Positions 45,932 through 55,383 of a stretch of 64,000 bases of DNA are shown here, one piece after another (the stretch's first letter is position 1; every line of letters starts with the position of its first letter). The position numbers were made by a program, and so were the translations under genes. A model generated the notes under the pieces. The model did not search any database and was not told the DNA's origin. It saw only the letters and a list, made by a program, of their open reading frames with translations. Source of the DNA: Tannerellaceae bacterium (GTDB taxonomy: Bacteria; Bacteroidota; Bacteroidia; Bacteroidales; CAMTPD01). Where the stretch lies: NCBI GenBank assembly GCA_051660585.1, contig JBOFPV010000040.1, forward strand, positions 64,841 to 128,840, given 5' to 3'.

Positions 45932-47951
45932 GCTCCGGATAACTTATTCGTGTATGATACATCGTCTTCAGTTTCTCGCTGAAGACGTTTTTTATATCCT
46001 GCACATCGCGATAGGTCAACGGCGTATCGTTGAGTAGTCCTTCTGCAATCTGCATGTCGATAATGCGGTTTACCAAGTTTTGAATCGACTCTTCGGTATA
46101 TTCCGAAAGGCTTCGCGACGAAGCCTCCACGGCATCGGCCATCATCAAGATAGCGGTCTCTTTCGAGAAAGGATTTGGCCCCGGGTAGGTAAAGAGCTCT
46201 TCGTTGACTTCCTTGTCGGGGAATTCGTTTCGGAAGGAGTTGTAGAAATAACGCGTCTTACTCTTGCCATGGTGGGTTTGAATAAAGTCGATCACCTGCT
46301 GAGGTATGCCTGCTTTCTGCGCCATCTTTACGCCGTCGTGCACATGGTTGATGATGATTTGCGCGCTTTGTTCGTAGCTTAGGTTGTTGTGCGGATTGAT
46401 TTTATTGATTTGGTTTTCGGTAAAGAACGTAGGGTTTTCCATCTTGCCGATGTCGTGATAAAGCGCGCCCGTACGTACAAGTTGGGCATTGGCCCCTACT
46501 TTGGCCGCAGCCTCCGAGGCAAGTATCGATACGTGCAGGGAGTGCTGGAAAGTTCCCGGCGCATATTCGGATAGTTTGCGTAAGATGGAGTTGTTGATGT
46601 TTGACAATTCGACCAAGCTGATGTTTGAAATGAATCCGAACGACTTTTCAAGAATGTAAACCAACAGGTACGAAAACATCAACAGCACGAAGTTGATGCC
46701 GAAATATAGAAACATTTTCCAATTGATCTTGGCAATGTTGGCGTCTTGATACAATACCAGCGAAGTGTATACGATGGCATAGGTGAGGAATATAAAGAAG
46801 GTGCTGCGAATGAGGTGGGAGCGTTGCGACAGCTCTTTGAGACTAAAGATCACAACCATGCCGGCAATGAGTTGTAAAACAAGGAACTCATACGAAAAAG
46901 GCACCATGATGGAACACATGACCATGGCTACCGTATGGGTGAAGATTGCTGTGCGTGAGTCGAAAAAGGTACGTACCACAATCGGAAGGATTGCATACGG
47001 AATGATGTATACATTAAAGAGATTGTAACTTACGGTAAGGCCGGTGAGTACGCACGATACTACCATAGAGAGCAATAGGAAACCGAGATTCCGTTTGTTG
47101 AAGAAATAGTTGGGACGAAATAGATACAGGTAAAAACCAAAACAAAACATAAGTCCCACTACGATCAAAAATTGCCCCAAAAACATCAGGCGGTCGCGTT
47201 GTTTCGAACCGGCGCGCTGTTCTTCTACACTCTTCAACGAATTAAGTACGCGGAAGGTATGCGAGTCGATGATTTGTCCGCGGTCTACAATACGTTCGCC
47301 CGCTTGCACCATACCGCTGGCCGGTGATACCGACAGCAAAAGCTCTTGCTTTACTTTGTCAGACATCTTAGGGTCGAAAGCAATGTTTTCAAGAATGTAT
47401 TTCTCAAGATTAAACGACTGAAGCGTTTGCTTGTTGAGTGCAGACGGACAATTGTCAATAATGTATTCGTAGGCCGTTTTGGGTGTGAAGTGATTTAGAA
47501 TACTTTCGGGCGAGGCGATGTTGTTTTTGACCAGCATGATTTCATTGCGCGAAGATTCGGCTTCCTGCATGGCTTTGTTAGATACGATTCCTTTGGCGTA
47601 AATCTTTATCAAACTCTCGCGAATGTAATGGATGTAGGGCACGAGTTGCTTATCGGAAAGCTTCTCTTTTTGCTCATCTTCAAACTCGGCCATTTGATCT
47701 TTCTCTACATTTCCTTGCAGGAGATAATATGGAACAAACTTCTTTAATACACTGTCTCGCTCGGCATTCACTTCTGCTTCGCTTTTGTAAATAGGAAAGT
47801 CGGATGTGGCCGTAAGCAGACCATACCTCCATGGCTTCCCTTCGTTAAATTGGTATCTGAATTTACCTTCTTTGGGAAAGAAGTAAGCGATTACTACTGT
47901 CGCAAAGATGAAGTAGAGCGCTAGCGGTATTTTAATAGAAGTCTTTACCAT
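45918..47951 (-). CDS. 7TM-HD membrane phosphohydrolase (PgpH/YqfF-like HDIG protein)
   Basis: An N-terminal extracytoplasmic region, a 7-TM block and a C-terminal HD domain (HSLHVS..., ALYHDIGK). The start is set at MVKTSIKIP because the track start at 48050 would overlap gltX. Confidence 0.85.
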   Translation of the reverse strand: MVKTSIKIPLALYFIFATVVIAYFFPKEGKFRYQFNEGKPWRYGLLTATSDFPIYKSEAEVNAERDSVLKKFVPYYLLQGNVEKDQMAEFEDEQKEKLSDKQLVPYIHYIRESLIKIYAKGIVSNKAMQEAESSRNEIMLVKNNIASPESILNHFTPKTAYEYIIDNCPSALNKQTLQSFNLEKYILENIAFDPKMSDKVKQELLLSVSPASGMVQAGERIVDRGQIIDSHTFRVLNSLKSVEEQRAGSKQRDRLMFLGQFLIVVGLMFCFGFYLYLFRPNYFFNKRNLGFLLLSMVVSCVLTGLTVSYNLFNVYIIPYAILPIVVRTFFDSRTAIFTHTVAMVMCSIMVPFSYEFLVLQLIAGMVVIFSLKELSQRSHLIRSTFFIFLTYAIVYTSLVLYQDANIAKINWKMFLYFGINFVLLMFSYLLVYILEKSFGFISNISLVELSNINNSILRKLSEYAPGTFQHSLHVSILASEAAAKVGANAQLVRTGALYHDIGKMENPTFFTENQINKINPHNNLSYEQSAQIIINHVHDGVKMAQKAGIPQQVIDFIQTHHGKSKTRYFYNSFRNEFPDKEVNEELFTYPGPNPFSKETAILMMADAVEASSRSLSEYTEESIQNLVNRIIDMQIAEGLLNDTPLTYRDVQDIKNVFSEKLKTMYHTRISYPELKQR

Positions 47952-48061
47952 ACACGTGAAATTTTCCGAAAAGTACAAAGAAACCTTCAAACTTCTTTCT
48001 CTTAAGGCATGAGTATGTAGAAAAAGCACTACTTTTGTCCAAAATTTCACGAATAACGATC

Positions 48062-49579
48062 ATGACTGAAAGAAAAGTAAGAGTAAGATTCGCGCCTAGT
48101 CCTACAGGCCCGCTTCATATCGGAGGCGTACGTACAGCCCTATATAATTATTTGTTTGCCAAGCAACACGGAGGCGATTTGATTTTGCGTATCGAGGATA
48201 CCGACTCACAACGCTTTGTACCGGGTGCCGAAGCTTATATCATAGAGGCTCTTACCTGGTTGGGTATTCATTTTGATGAAGGTGTCAACTTTGGCGGCGA
48301 ATGCGGTCCGTATCGTCAGTCGGAGCGTAAAGAAATCTACAAACAATATGTAGATCAGTTATTGAAAGACGGTCTTGCGTATATCGCATTCGATACACCG
48401 GCCGAGCTTGAAGCGAAAAGAAACGAAATTTCAAACTTTCAGTATGATGCTTCTACGCGTCTATTGATGAGAAACTCTTTGACTTTATCGGCAGAGGAAA
48501 CAACGCGCTTGATCGAGGAAGGCAATCAATACGTGGTTCGTATCAAGATTGAGCCAAACGAAGATGTGGTTGTTGATGATTTGATCCGCGGCGAAGTGGT
48601 GATTAATTCTTCTGTCCTTGACGATAAAGTTTTATATAAATCGGCAGACAACTTGCCTACTTATCACCTAGCAAACATTGTAGACGACCACTTGATGGAG
48701 GTTACGCATGTAATTCGCGGTGAAGAGTGGTTGCCTTCTGCGCCTCTTCACGTATTACTTTACAGATTCCTTGGCTGGACTGAAACGATGCCTCGTTTTG
48801 CTCACTTGCCATTGTTGCTTAAACCGGAAGGAAACGGAAAGTTGAGCAAGCGCGATGGTGACAGACTTGGTTTCCCAGTGTTCCCATTGGAATGGAAAGA
48901 TCCTAAAACCGGAGATATCTCTTCAGGATACCGCGAAGCGGGTTACTTGCCTGAAGCGGTGGTAAACTTCCTTGCTTTGCTAGGATGGAACCCTGGCAAC
49001 GATCAGGAGATCATGTCGATGGAAGAGCTAGTTAAACTATTCTCGCTAGAGCGTTGCAGCAAAAGCGGTGCGAAGTTTGATTACGAAAAAGGAAAATGGT
49101 TTAACCATCAATACTTGCAACTACGCTCAAACGAAGACGTAGCCACTATGTTTGCATCTGTTTTGGCAGAGAAAGACATCGAAGCTCCGTTCGACTATGT
49201 TGAGAAAGTGGTTGGCTTGGTAAAAGAACGTGTCAACTTTGTAAAAGAATTATGGGATCAGTCGTTCTTCTTCTTTGTTGCACCTACATCGTACGACGAG
49301 AAAACAGTGAAGAAACGCTGGAAAGCTGAAACTCCTGCGCAACTAACAGAGCTTTGCGAAGTACTTGCAGGCGTTGAAGATTTCACAGTACACAATACGG
49401 AAGAAATCGTTAAGGCATGGATTGAATCGAAACAATACCACCTTGGAAATATTATGAATGCTTTCCGTTTGGCTTTAGTGGGCGAATCGAAAGGTCCGCA
49501 TATCTTCGAAATTGTTTGCGCGCTTGGAAAAGACGAAACAATCGAACGTATTCAAAAAGCAGTGTCTACTATTCAGTAA
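48062..49579 (+). CDS. gltX: Glutamate--tRNA ligase
   Basis: [14 protein letters not shown] is the HIGH motif and KLSKRDG the KMSKS motif. Length is 505 aa. Confidence 0.95.
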   Translation: MTERKVRVRFAPSPTGPLHIGGVRTALYNYLFAKQHGGDLILRIEDTDSQRFVPGAEAYIIEALTWLGIHFDEGVNFGGECGPYRQSERKEIYKQYVDQLLKDGLAYIAFDTPAELEAKRNEISNFQYDASTRLLMRNSLTLSAEETTRLIEEGNQYVVRIKIEPNEDVVVDDLIRGEVVINSSVLDDKVLYKSADNLPTYHLANIVDDHLMEVTHVIRGEEWLPSAPLHVLLYRFLGWTETMPRFAHLPLLLKPEGNGKLSKRDGDRLGFPVFPLEWKDPKTGDISSGYREAGYLPEAVVNFLALLGWNPGNDQEIMSMEELVKLFSLERCSKSGAKFDYEKGKWFNHQYLQLRSNEDVATMFASVLAEKDIEAPFDYVEKVVGLVKERVNFVKELWDQSFFFFVAPTSYDEKTVKKRWKAETPAQLTELCEVLAGVEDFTVHNTEEIVKAWIESKQYHLGNIMNAFRLALVGESKGPHIFEIVCALGKDETIERIQKAVSTIQ

Positions 49580-49582
49580 TAT

Positions 49583-50818
49583 ATGATTTATGATTTAGCA
49601 ATTCGATTCTACTCGAATGTAGTTAAGTCGGTTTCGCCTTTGCACAAGAAAGCCAAGTTAATGGTGGATGGGCAAAGGCAAACTTTTAATATACTACGCG
49701 AAAAGATCGATCCCAATGCAAACTATATTTGGTTTCATGCCTCTTCGTTAGGAGAGTTTGAACAAGGTCGTCCGTTGATGGAGAAGATAAAAAAGCAATA
49801 TCCTCAGTATAAGATATTGCTCACATTCTTTTCACCATCGGGATATGAGGTACGCAAGAATTATGAAGGTGCCGACGTGATTTGTTATCTTCCTTTTGAT
49901 AATAAAAGTGATGTGCGCCTATTTCTCGATTTGGCTCGTCCGGCGATGGCTATATTTATTAAGTATGAATTTTGGGCAAACTATCTGAACGAGTTAAAGA
50001 AGCGTCAGATACCGACCTTTATTATATCTGCTATTTTTAGAAGAGAGCAGCTTTTCTTCAAAGGATACGGAAAGAAGTATCTCAATCTGCTGTTTTGTTT
50101 TAATCACATCTTTGTGCAAGACGACGCGTCGAAGCAGTTGTTGAATGAGTTTGGGGTTACCGACGTGACAGCTTGTGGAGATACGCGTTTCGATCGGGTT
50201 ATTGATGTCTTTAATCAGGCAAAGCAACTGCCACTGGTAGCGAAGTTTGCTCAATCGGCAAAGGAGCAACACCAACTTACATTGGTTGCGGGTAGTTCGT
50301 GGCCACAAGATGAGGAGATCTTTGTGAAGTATTTCAACGCACATCCCGATATGAAGCTGATTATCGCTCCGCACGAAATACACAAAGAGCACATCGCATC
50401 GATACAAAGCTTATTGAAGCGTACTTCGGTGTTGCTTTCGCAAGCAACGGAAGAGTCGATTGCCAAAGCAGATTGTATCATTGTAGATAGTTTCGGCCTT
50501 TTGTCTTCTATTTATAGATACGGTGATATTGCCTATATAGGTGGAGGTTTTGGAAGCGGAATTCACAATACGCTCGAGGCGGCTGTGTATGGAGTTCCTG
50601 TTATTATAGGACCGAAATATCAGAAGTTTAAAGAAGCGCGCGACTTGATAGCGTGCGGAGGTGCCTTTAGTGTGACCGATGCTGCCGGCTTTGACGCGCT
50701 GATGGATACGTTTAGACGTGATGAAAGCTTTCTGGCAAATGCAGGAGCGGCATCAGGAACTTACGTGATGTCAAACAAAGGAGCTACAGAAGTTATTGCG
50801 GCAGAGTTGCCTTTGTAA
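49583..50818 (+). CDS. waaA: 3-deoxy-D-manno-octulosonic acid (Kdo) transferase
   Basis: WFHASSLGEFEQGRPL is the typical WaaA N-terminal motif and a GT-B C-terminal half follows. The gene starts 3 nt after the gltX stop. Confidence 0.9.
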   Translation: MIYDLAIRFYSNVVKSVSPLHKKAKLMVDGQRQTFNILREKIDPNANYIWFHASSLGEFEQGRPLMEKIKKQYPQYKILLTFFSPSGYEVRKNYEGADVICYLPFDNKSDVRLFLDLARPAMAIFIKYEFWANYLNELKKRQIPTFIISAIFRREQLFFKGYGKKYLNLLFCFNHIFVQDDASKQLLNEFGVTDVTACGDTRFDRVIDVFNQAKQLPLVAKFAQSAKEQHQLTLVAGSSWPQDEEIFVKYFNAHPDMKLIIAPHEIHKEHIASIQSLLKRTSVLLSQATEESIAKADCIIVDSFGLLSSIYRYGDIAYIGGGFGSGIHNTLEAAVYGVPVIIGPKYQKFKEARDLIACGGAFSVTDAAGFDALMDTFRRDESFLANAGAASGTYVMSNKGATEVIAAELPL

Positions 50819-50965
50819 ATATACTTCAATCATATAAGTCAGGCGAGGGGCTTGACACATTCCCATGAAAGAAATAAGAGATTTTTCTGTTTTTTTAGTT
50901 CGGGGAGTGTATCAGGCCCTTTTCTTGTTTTGTAACTTTGAATCATCAGTAAAGAATCAGATTAT

Positions 50966-51514
50966 ATGGAATTTATCGCAATAGACTTTGAAACAGCCAC
51001 GCAACATGATCCATGTGAGATCGGGCTTGCAATTGTACAAAACGGAAAGATTGTAGAAACAATCTCGGAGTATATCAAACCGGCATCTTTCCCTTATTTC
51101 AATCCTTTCCATCAGCGTGTACATGGTATATCAGCAGCGGATGTACAGCATGCTCCCGACTTCGAACAGCTTTGGGTGAAGCTTCAGCCGTTATTGTCTG
51201 AAAAAATGTTGGTTGCGCACAATGCGGCTTTTGATATGGGGGTGTTGCGTGCGATCTTGCAACGTTACGATATTGCTTTGCCGCATTGTGATTACATGTG
51301 TAGTGTGTCGATGGCACGAAAAGTGTGGAAGGGGCAGCCTTCGTATTCGTTGGGTAATATTTGTTCTACCTTCGGAATCGAGTTTACGCATCACCGTGCC
51401 GGAGCAGATGCAGAGGCATGTGCTAAGTTGGTATTACAAGCAATGCATGATATGCAGGTAAACACGCTCGAAGAGTTGCGCCTTAAAATAAAACAACCAC
51501 TCAAGCAGCTATAA
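50966..51514 (+). CDS. DEDDh 3'-5' exonuclease domain protein (DnaQ-like)
   Basis: Exo I AIDFETA, Exo II AHNAAFD and Exo III HRAGADA. Confidence 0.8.
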   Translation: MEFIAIDFETATQHDPCEIGLAIVQNGKIVETISEYIKPASFPYFNPFHQRVHGISAADVQHAPDFEQLWVKLQPLLSEKMLVAHNAAFDMGVLRAILQRYDIALPHCDYMCSVSMARKVWKGQPSYSLGNICSTFGIEFTHHRAGADAEACAKLVLQAMHDMQVNTLEELRLKIKQPLKQL

Positions 51515-51563
51515 TAAACAAAATGACGTGGTTTCTGATTATAAGAAAAAGCAGAAACCACAG

Positions 51564-53051
51564 ATGAAACGATTTGTAACCATTATTTTGAGTGTGCTAT
51601 TCCTTTGTTATGCGTCTGAAGGATATGCTCAATACCCCAATGATTTTGAATTCTATAAAGTAGATACGGTAGGGCAGTCTCGATACCAACTCGAACCACG
51701 TAAGCGGCCATGGATTGCTGCCGCTGAGGTGTTGTCTCTTGACGCTCTTTTTCATGTGTTGACAAGATATGCGGCAAATAAAGATTATGCTAAAATCAGT
51801 TGGTCATCCATAAAGCATAACTTTAAAACCGGTTTCTTATGGGATAATGATTGCTTCGAAACGAATCTGTTCTTTCATCCCTATCAAGGAGGCTTGTATT
51901 ACAATGCCGCTCGAACAAACGGGCTTAATTTCTGGGAGTCGGCACCGTATGCTTTTGCCGGGAGCTTTATTTGGGAAATGTTTCTCGAAACGCAGCCACC
52001 ATCGACCAATGATATCATTGCAACTACATTAGGTGGTATTGGCTTGGGGGAAGCAACCTATCGAGTTTCTTCTTTGATCTTAAACGAGCAAAGTAGGGGA
52101 TTCGAGCGCGTATTACGAGAGGTATCCGCAGCCGTAGTAAATCCGGTAAGGGGGGTAAACCGTCTTATTTATGGGCAGGCTTGGAGGCGAGGGCCTCGCT
52201 ATGTAGATAAGGAGTCGATGGTCCCCTTTGTAGTGCAGTTTGGGCTGGGCTATCGCTATTTAACAGAGCGCGCAATATCTGATTGTGAGCATGAGAGTAT
52301 GGGAAACCTAGACTTTACGATGATTTATAATGATCCGTTTGAAATAGACGGAAAGCAACCTTTTCAATATTTCTCAGGGCGTTTGTCTTTGAATCTTCTT
52401 TCCAATCAACCGACTTTAGGCATGGCAAAAGTGTGTGCTTCGATATGGGGGCAAAACCATGAATACACTCAAGGGCGTGAGATCTTTTGGGGTATATTTC
52501 AAAACTTCAATTACTATAATTCAGAAGCAATAAAGAAAACGGATGGAACCGTTCCTTTTCGTATAGCCGAGACGGTATCTTATGGTCCCGGGCTTATGGC
52601 ACGTATACCTTTTCCAGCCGTTAATGGCTCATTGGTGTTTGGCGGATTTGGTTCCGGTATTGTGCTTGGAGGAAGTAAGTCGGATCACTTTCGCTTTCAA
52701 GATAGAGACTACAATATGGGAAGTGGGTTTAGTCTTCGCTTCGAAGGATTACTCACCATTTGGAAACGCTTAGGAATCTATGCCGGATTTGAAGAATATA
52801 AGTTATACACATGGAAGGGGTATGAACATAAAGATTACGAGCATATGGATCCGAACTACCTAAATGCACAAGGAGCCGTAGGTAATGCTTGCCTCAGGGT
52901 TGCTAAAACCCGCGTAACATTTGGGCTTCGCAAAGATTTTGGACTAGGGGCGGAGGCTGCTTGGTATAAAAGAATATCCAATTATAAATACTTTCCAAAT
53001 GTACAATCCGACGCTTTTGAGCTTCGATTAATGTTGACGTATGGATTTTAA
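51564..53051 (+). CDS. Hypothetical secreted/outer-membrane protein (possibly DUF3943-like)
   Basis: Signal peptide MKRFVTIILSVLFLCYASEGYAQ, the motif NLFFHPYQGGLYYN, a G/Y-rich beta-like C-terminal half and the ending ...LMLTYGF. The family name is from weak recollection. Confidence 0.45.
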   Translation: MKRFVTIILSVLFLCYASEGYAQYPNDFEFYKVDTVGQSRYQLEPRKRPWIAAAEVLSLDALFHVLTRYAANKDYAKISWSSIKHNFKTGFLWDNDCFETNLFFHPYQGGLYYNAARTNGLNFWESAPYAFAGSFIWEMFLETQPPSTNDIIATTLGGIGLGEATYRVSSLILNEQSRGFERVLREVSAAVVNPVRGVNRLIYGQAWRRGPRYVDKESMVPFVVQFGLGYRYLTERAISDCEHESMGNLDFTMIYNDPFEIDGKQPFQYFSGRLSLNLLSNQPTLGMAKVCASIWGQNHEYTQGREIFWGIFQNFNYYNSEAIKKTDGTVPFRIAETVSYGPGLMARIPFPAVNGSLVFGGFGSGIVLGGSKSDHFRFQDRDYNMGSGFSLRFEGLLTIWKRLGIYAGFEEYKLYTWKGYEHKDYEHMDPNYLNAQGAVGNACLRVAKTRVTFGLRKDFGLGAEAAWYKRISNYKYFPNVQSDAFELRLMLTYGF

Positions 53052-53215
53052 GTTTGCTAAAATTATGCTTGTATTTGCTGTATTTGTAAAATAAAGTTTT
53101 TAGAAATAAGGTCGAATGTTTGCAGTTTGTTTATTTAATGTATTTATTTGCAATCGAGTCACATTAAAAGTTTTTCATGGGTGGTTCATTTGTTGTTAAA
53201 TAATTTAATTAATAT

Positions 53216-54130
53216 ATGGAAAAGATTGTAGGCCTTATTAACGCACCTTTCACGCCTTTTTATCCCAACGGCGAAGTAAACTTAGAACCTATTGCAGCAT
53301 ACGCCGCATTATTGAAACGTAATGGTTTAAAAGGAGTTTTTATTAACGGATCATCCGGTGAAGGCTATATGCTAACCGAAGCAGAACGTATGCAAATTGC
53401 AGAGGAATGGATGAAATATTCAGAAGCTGACTTTAAAGTAATCGTTCACGTAGGTAGCACCTGTGTAAAGTCAAGTCATAACCTCGCAAAACACGCACAA
53501 GAGATCGGAGCTTGGGGTATTGGCGCAATGGCATCTCCATTTCCGAAGGTTGCACGCGTAGAAGAGTTGGTAAAATATTGCGAAGAAATTGCAAGTGGAG
53601 CACCGGAGCTTCCTTTCTATTTTTACCACATTCCGGCATTGAGCGGCATTTTCTTGCCAATGGTTCCTTTCTTGGAAGCTGTTGACGGACGCATTCCGAA
53701 CTTCGCAGGCATTAAATATACATACGAAAACCTATACGAGTACAACCAATGTCGCTTGTATAAAGATGGAAAGTTTGACATGTTGCACGGTCAAGATGAA
53801 ACCATCCTTGCCAGTTTAGCGTTGGGCGGAGCACAAGGTGGTATCGGAGGAACGACCAACTACAACGGTTTGGTTCTAAATGGTATTCTGGAAGCTTGGA
53901 AAGAAGGAGATATTGAAAAAGCTCGCGAACTACAAAACTTTGCACAAGCAGTAATCAATGTCATTTGCAACTATCGTGGTAATATCGTAGCAGGTAAAAA
54001 GATCATGAAGTTTTTAGGGCTTGATATGGGCGACAATCGTACGCCGTTTAGGAGCATGACAGACCACGAAGTAACTTGCCTTAAAGCAGAGTTAGACGAA
54101 ATCGACTTCTTTAGTCGCTGCAATAAATAA
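53216..54130 (+). CDS. nanA: N-acetylneuraminate lyase (DHDPS/NanA family)
   Basis: FINGSSGEGYMLT and a Schiff-base Lys context FAGIKYT. It sits next to the AGE epimerase and a sialate-type transporter. Confidence 0.85.
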   Translation: MEKIVGLINAPFTPFYPNGEVNLEPIAAYAALLKRNGLKGVFINGSSGEGYMLTEAERMQIAEEWMKYSEADFKVIVHVGSTCVKSSHNLAKHAQEIGAWGIGAMASPFPKVARVEELVKYCEEIASGAPELPFYFYHIPALSGIFLPMVPFLEAVDGRIPNFAGIKYTYENLYEYNQCRLYKDGKFDMLHGQDETILASLALGGAQGGIGGTTNYNGLVLNGILEAWKEGDIEKARELQNFAQAVINVICNYRGNIVAGKKIMKFLGLDMGDNRTPFRSMTDHEVTCLKAELDEIDFFSRCNK

Positions 54131-54156
54131 GACCATTTGTTATAAACCTTATTTTC

Positions 54157-55347
54157 ATGAAAAACAAAACAGAATACCTAAAAGAATATGCTCAGATTTA
54201 CCACGATCAACTAGTCAATAACATCGTACCGTTTTGGCTTGAGCATAGCGTAGACCATGAGTTTGGCGGATTTACGTTTGCCCTTGATCGTGACGGAACC
54301 GTGATGGATACTACCAAAGTAGTATGGATTCACGGCCGCTTTGCATGGCTACTTGCTACCATGTACAATGAGGTAGAGCCTCGTAAAGAATGGCTGGAAA
54401 TGTCGAAGCACGGGATAGACTTCCTCGAAAAACACTGCTTCGATACCGACGGTCGTATGTATTTTCTCAACCTACAAGATGGGACACCGCTTCGCAAACG
54501 TCGCTATGTATTTTCCGAAACATTTGCAGCCATTGCCTACGCAGCGTATGCAAAAGCTTCCGGAGATATGAGTTACGCGCAAAAAGCCCTAGACTTGTTT
54601 AAGTTGATCCTGCATTACAAAAATACGCCGGGCTTATTACAGCCTAAGAATATCCCCGGAGCACGAGATGCAAAAGGGCACTCGATGTGTATGATCCTTA
54701 TCAATACGGCCTATGAAATCAGAAAGGTCATTCAAGATCCGATACTTGATCAGCAAATCGAAGAGTCGATTCAGGAGATCAAGCGAGACTTTATGAAGCC
54801 TGAATTCAAAGCAGTATTAGAGACGGTAGGTCCTAACGGTGAGTTTATAAACTCCATCGACGGTAGATGTATCAATCCGGGTCACTCCATCGAGACTGCA
54901 TGGTTTATCCTCGAAGAAGCGAAACACCGCGGATGGGATAAAGAACTTGTAGAGATGGGTACAACCATACTCGACTGGTCGTGGCAGTGGGGATGGGACG
55001 ACCAGCATGGCGGAATTCTTTATTTCCGTGATTGCAAAAACTTCCCACCACAAGAGTACTGGCACGATATGAAGTTTTGGTGGCCACAAAACGAAGCACT
55101 CATTGCTACGCTTTATGCCTACCAAGCCACCAAAGACGAGAAGTATCTCGACTGGCATAAAAAGATACATAACTATCAATTTACCCACTTCCCCGATCAG
55201 GTTTACGGCGAATGGTACGGCTATCTACACAAAGACGGCACAGTATCTCAGCCTGCTAAAGGGAACTTCTTTAAAGGACCTTTTCATATTCCGCGCATGT
55301 TGCTAAAAGGTTGGCAATTAAGTAGCGAAATAACAGACAAGGGCTAA
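54157..55347 (+). CDS. N-acylglucosamine 2-epimerase (AGE/RenBP family)
   Basis: A roughly 395-aa alpha/alpha-barrel-type sequence with ...GGF...LDRDG... and ...WW.Q.EAL.A... patterns typical of AGE. This is the Bacteroides-type nan pathway partner of the lyase. Confidence 0.85.
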   Translation: MKNKTEYLKEYAQIYHDQLVNNIVPFWLEHSVDHEFGGFTFALDRDGTVMDTTKVVWIHGRFAWLLATMYNEVEPRKEWLEMSKHGIDFLEKHCFDTDGRMYFLNLQDGTPLRKRRYVFSETFAAIAYAAYAKASGDMSYAQKALDLFKLILHYKNTPGLLQPKNIPGARDAKGHSMCMILINTAYEIRKVIQDPILDQQIEESIQEIKRDFMKPEFKAVLETVGPNGEFINSIDGRCINPGHSIETAWFILEEAKHRGWDKELVEMGTTILDWSWQWGWDDQHGGILYFRDCKNFPPQEYWHDMKFWWPQNEALIATLYAYQATKDEKYLDWHKKIHNYQFTHFPDQVYGEWYGYLHKDGTVSQPAKGNFFKGPFHIPRMLLKGWQLSSEITDKG

Positions 55348-55383
55348 CTACGATTATAGATAACCATCCACCTTAGAACCACC

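Noticed and set aside
50842-50925. Long-range imperfect inverted repeat after waaA (GGGGCTTGACACATTCCC ... GGGGAGTGTATCAGGCCCT).
   Set aside because: It is probably just a loose terminator. It has several mismatches and a loop of about 45 nt, and I found no second copy in the window.
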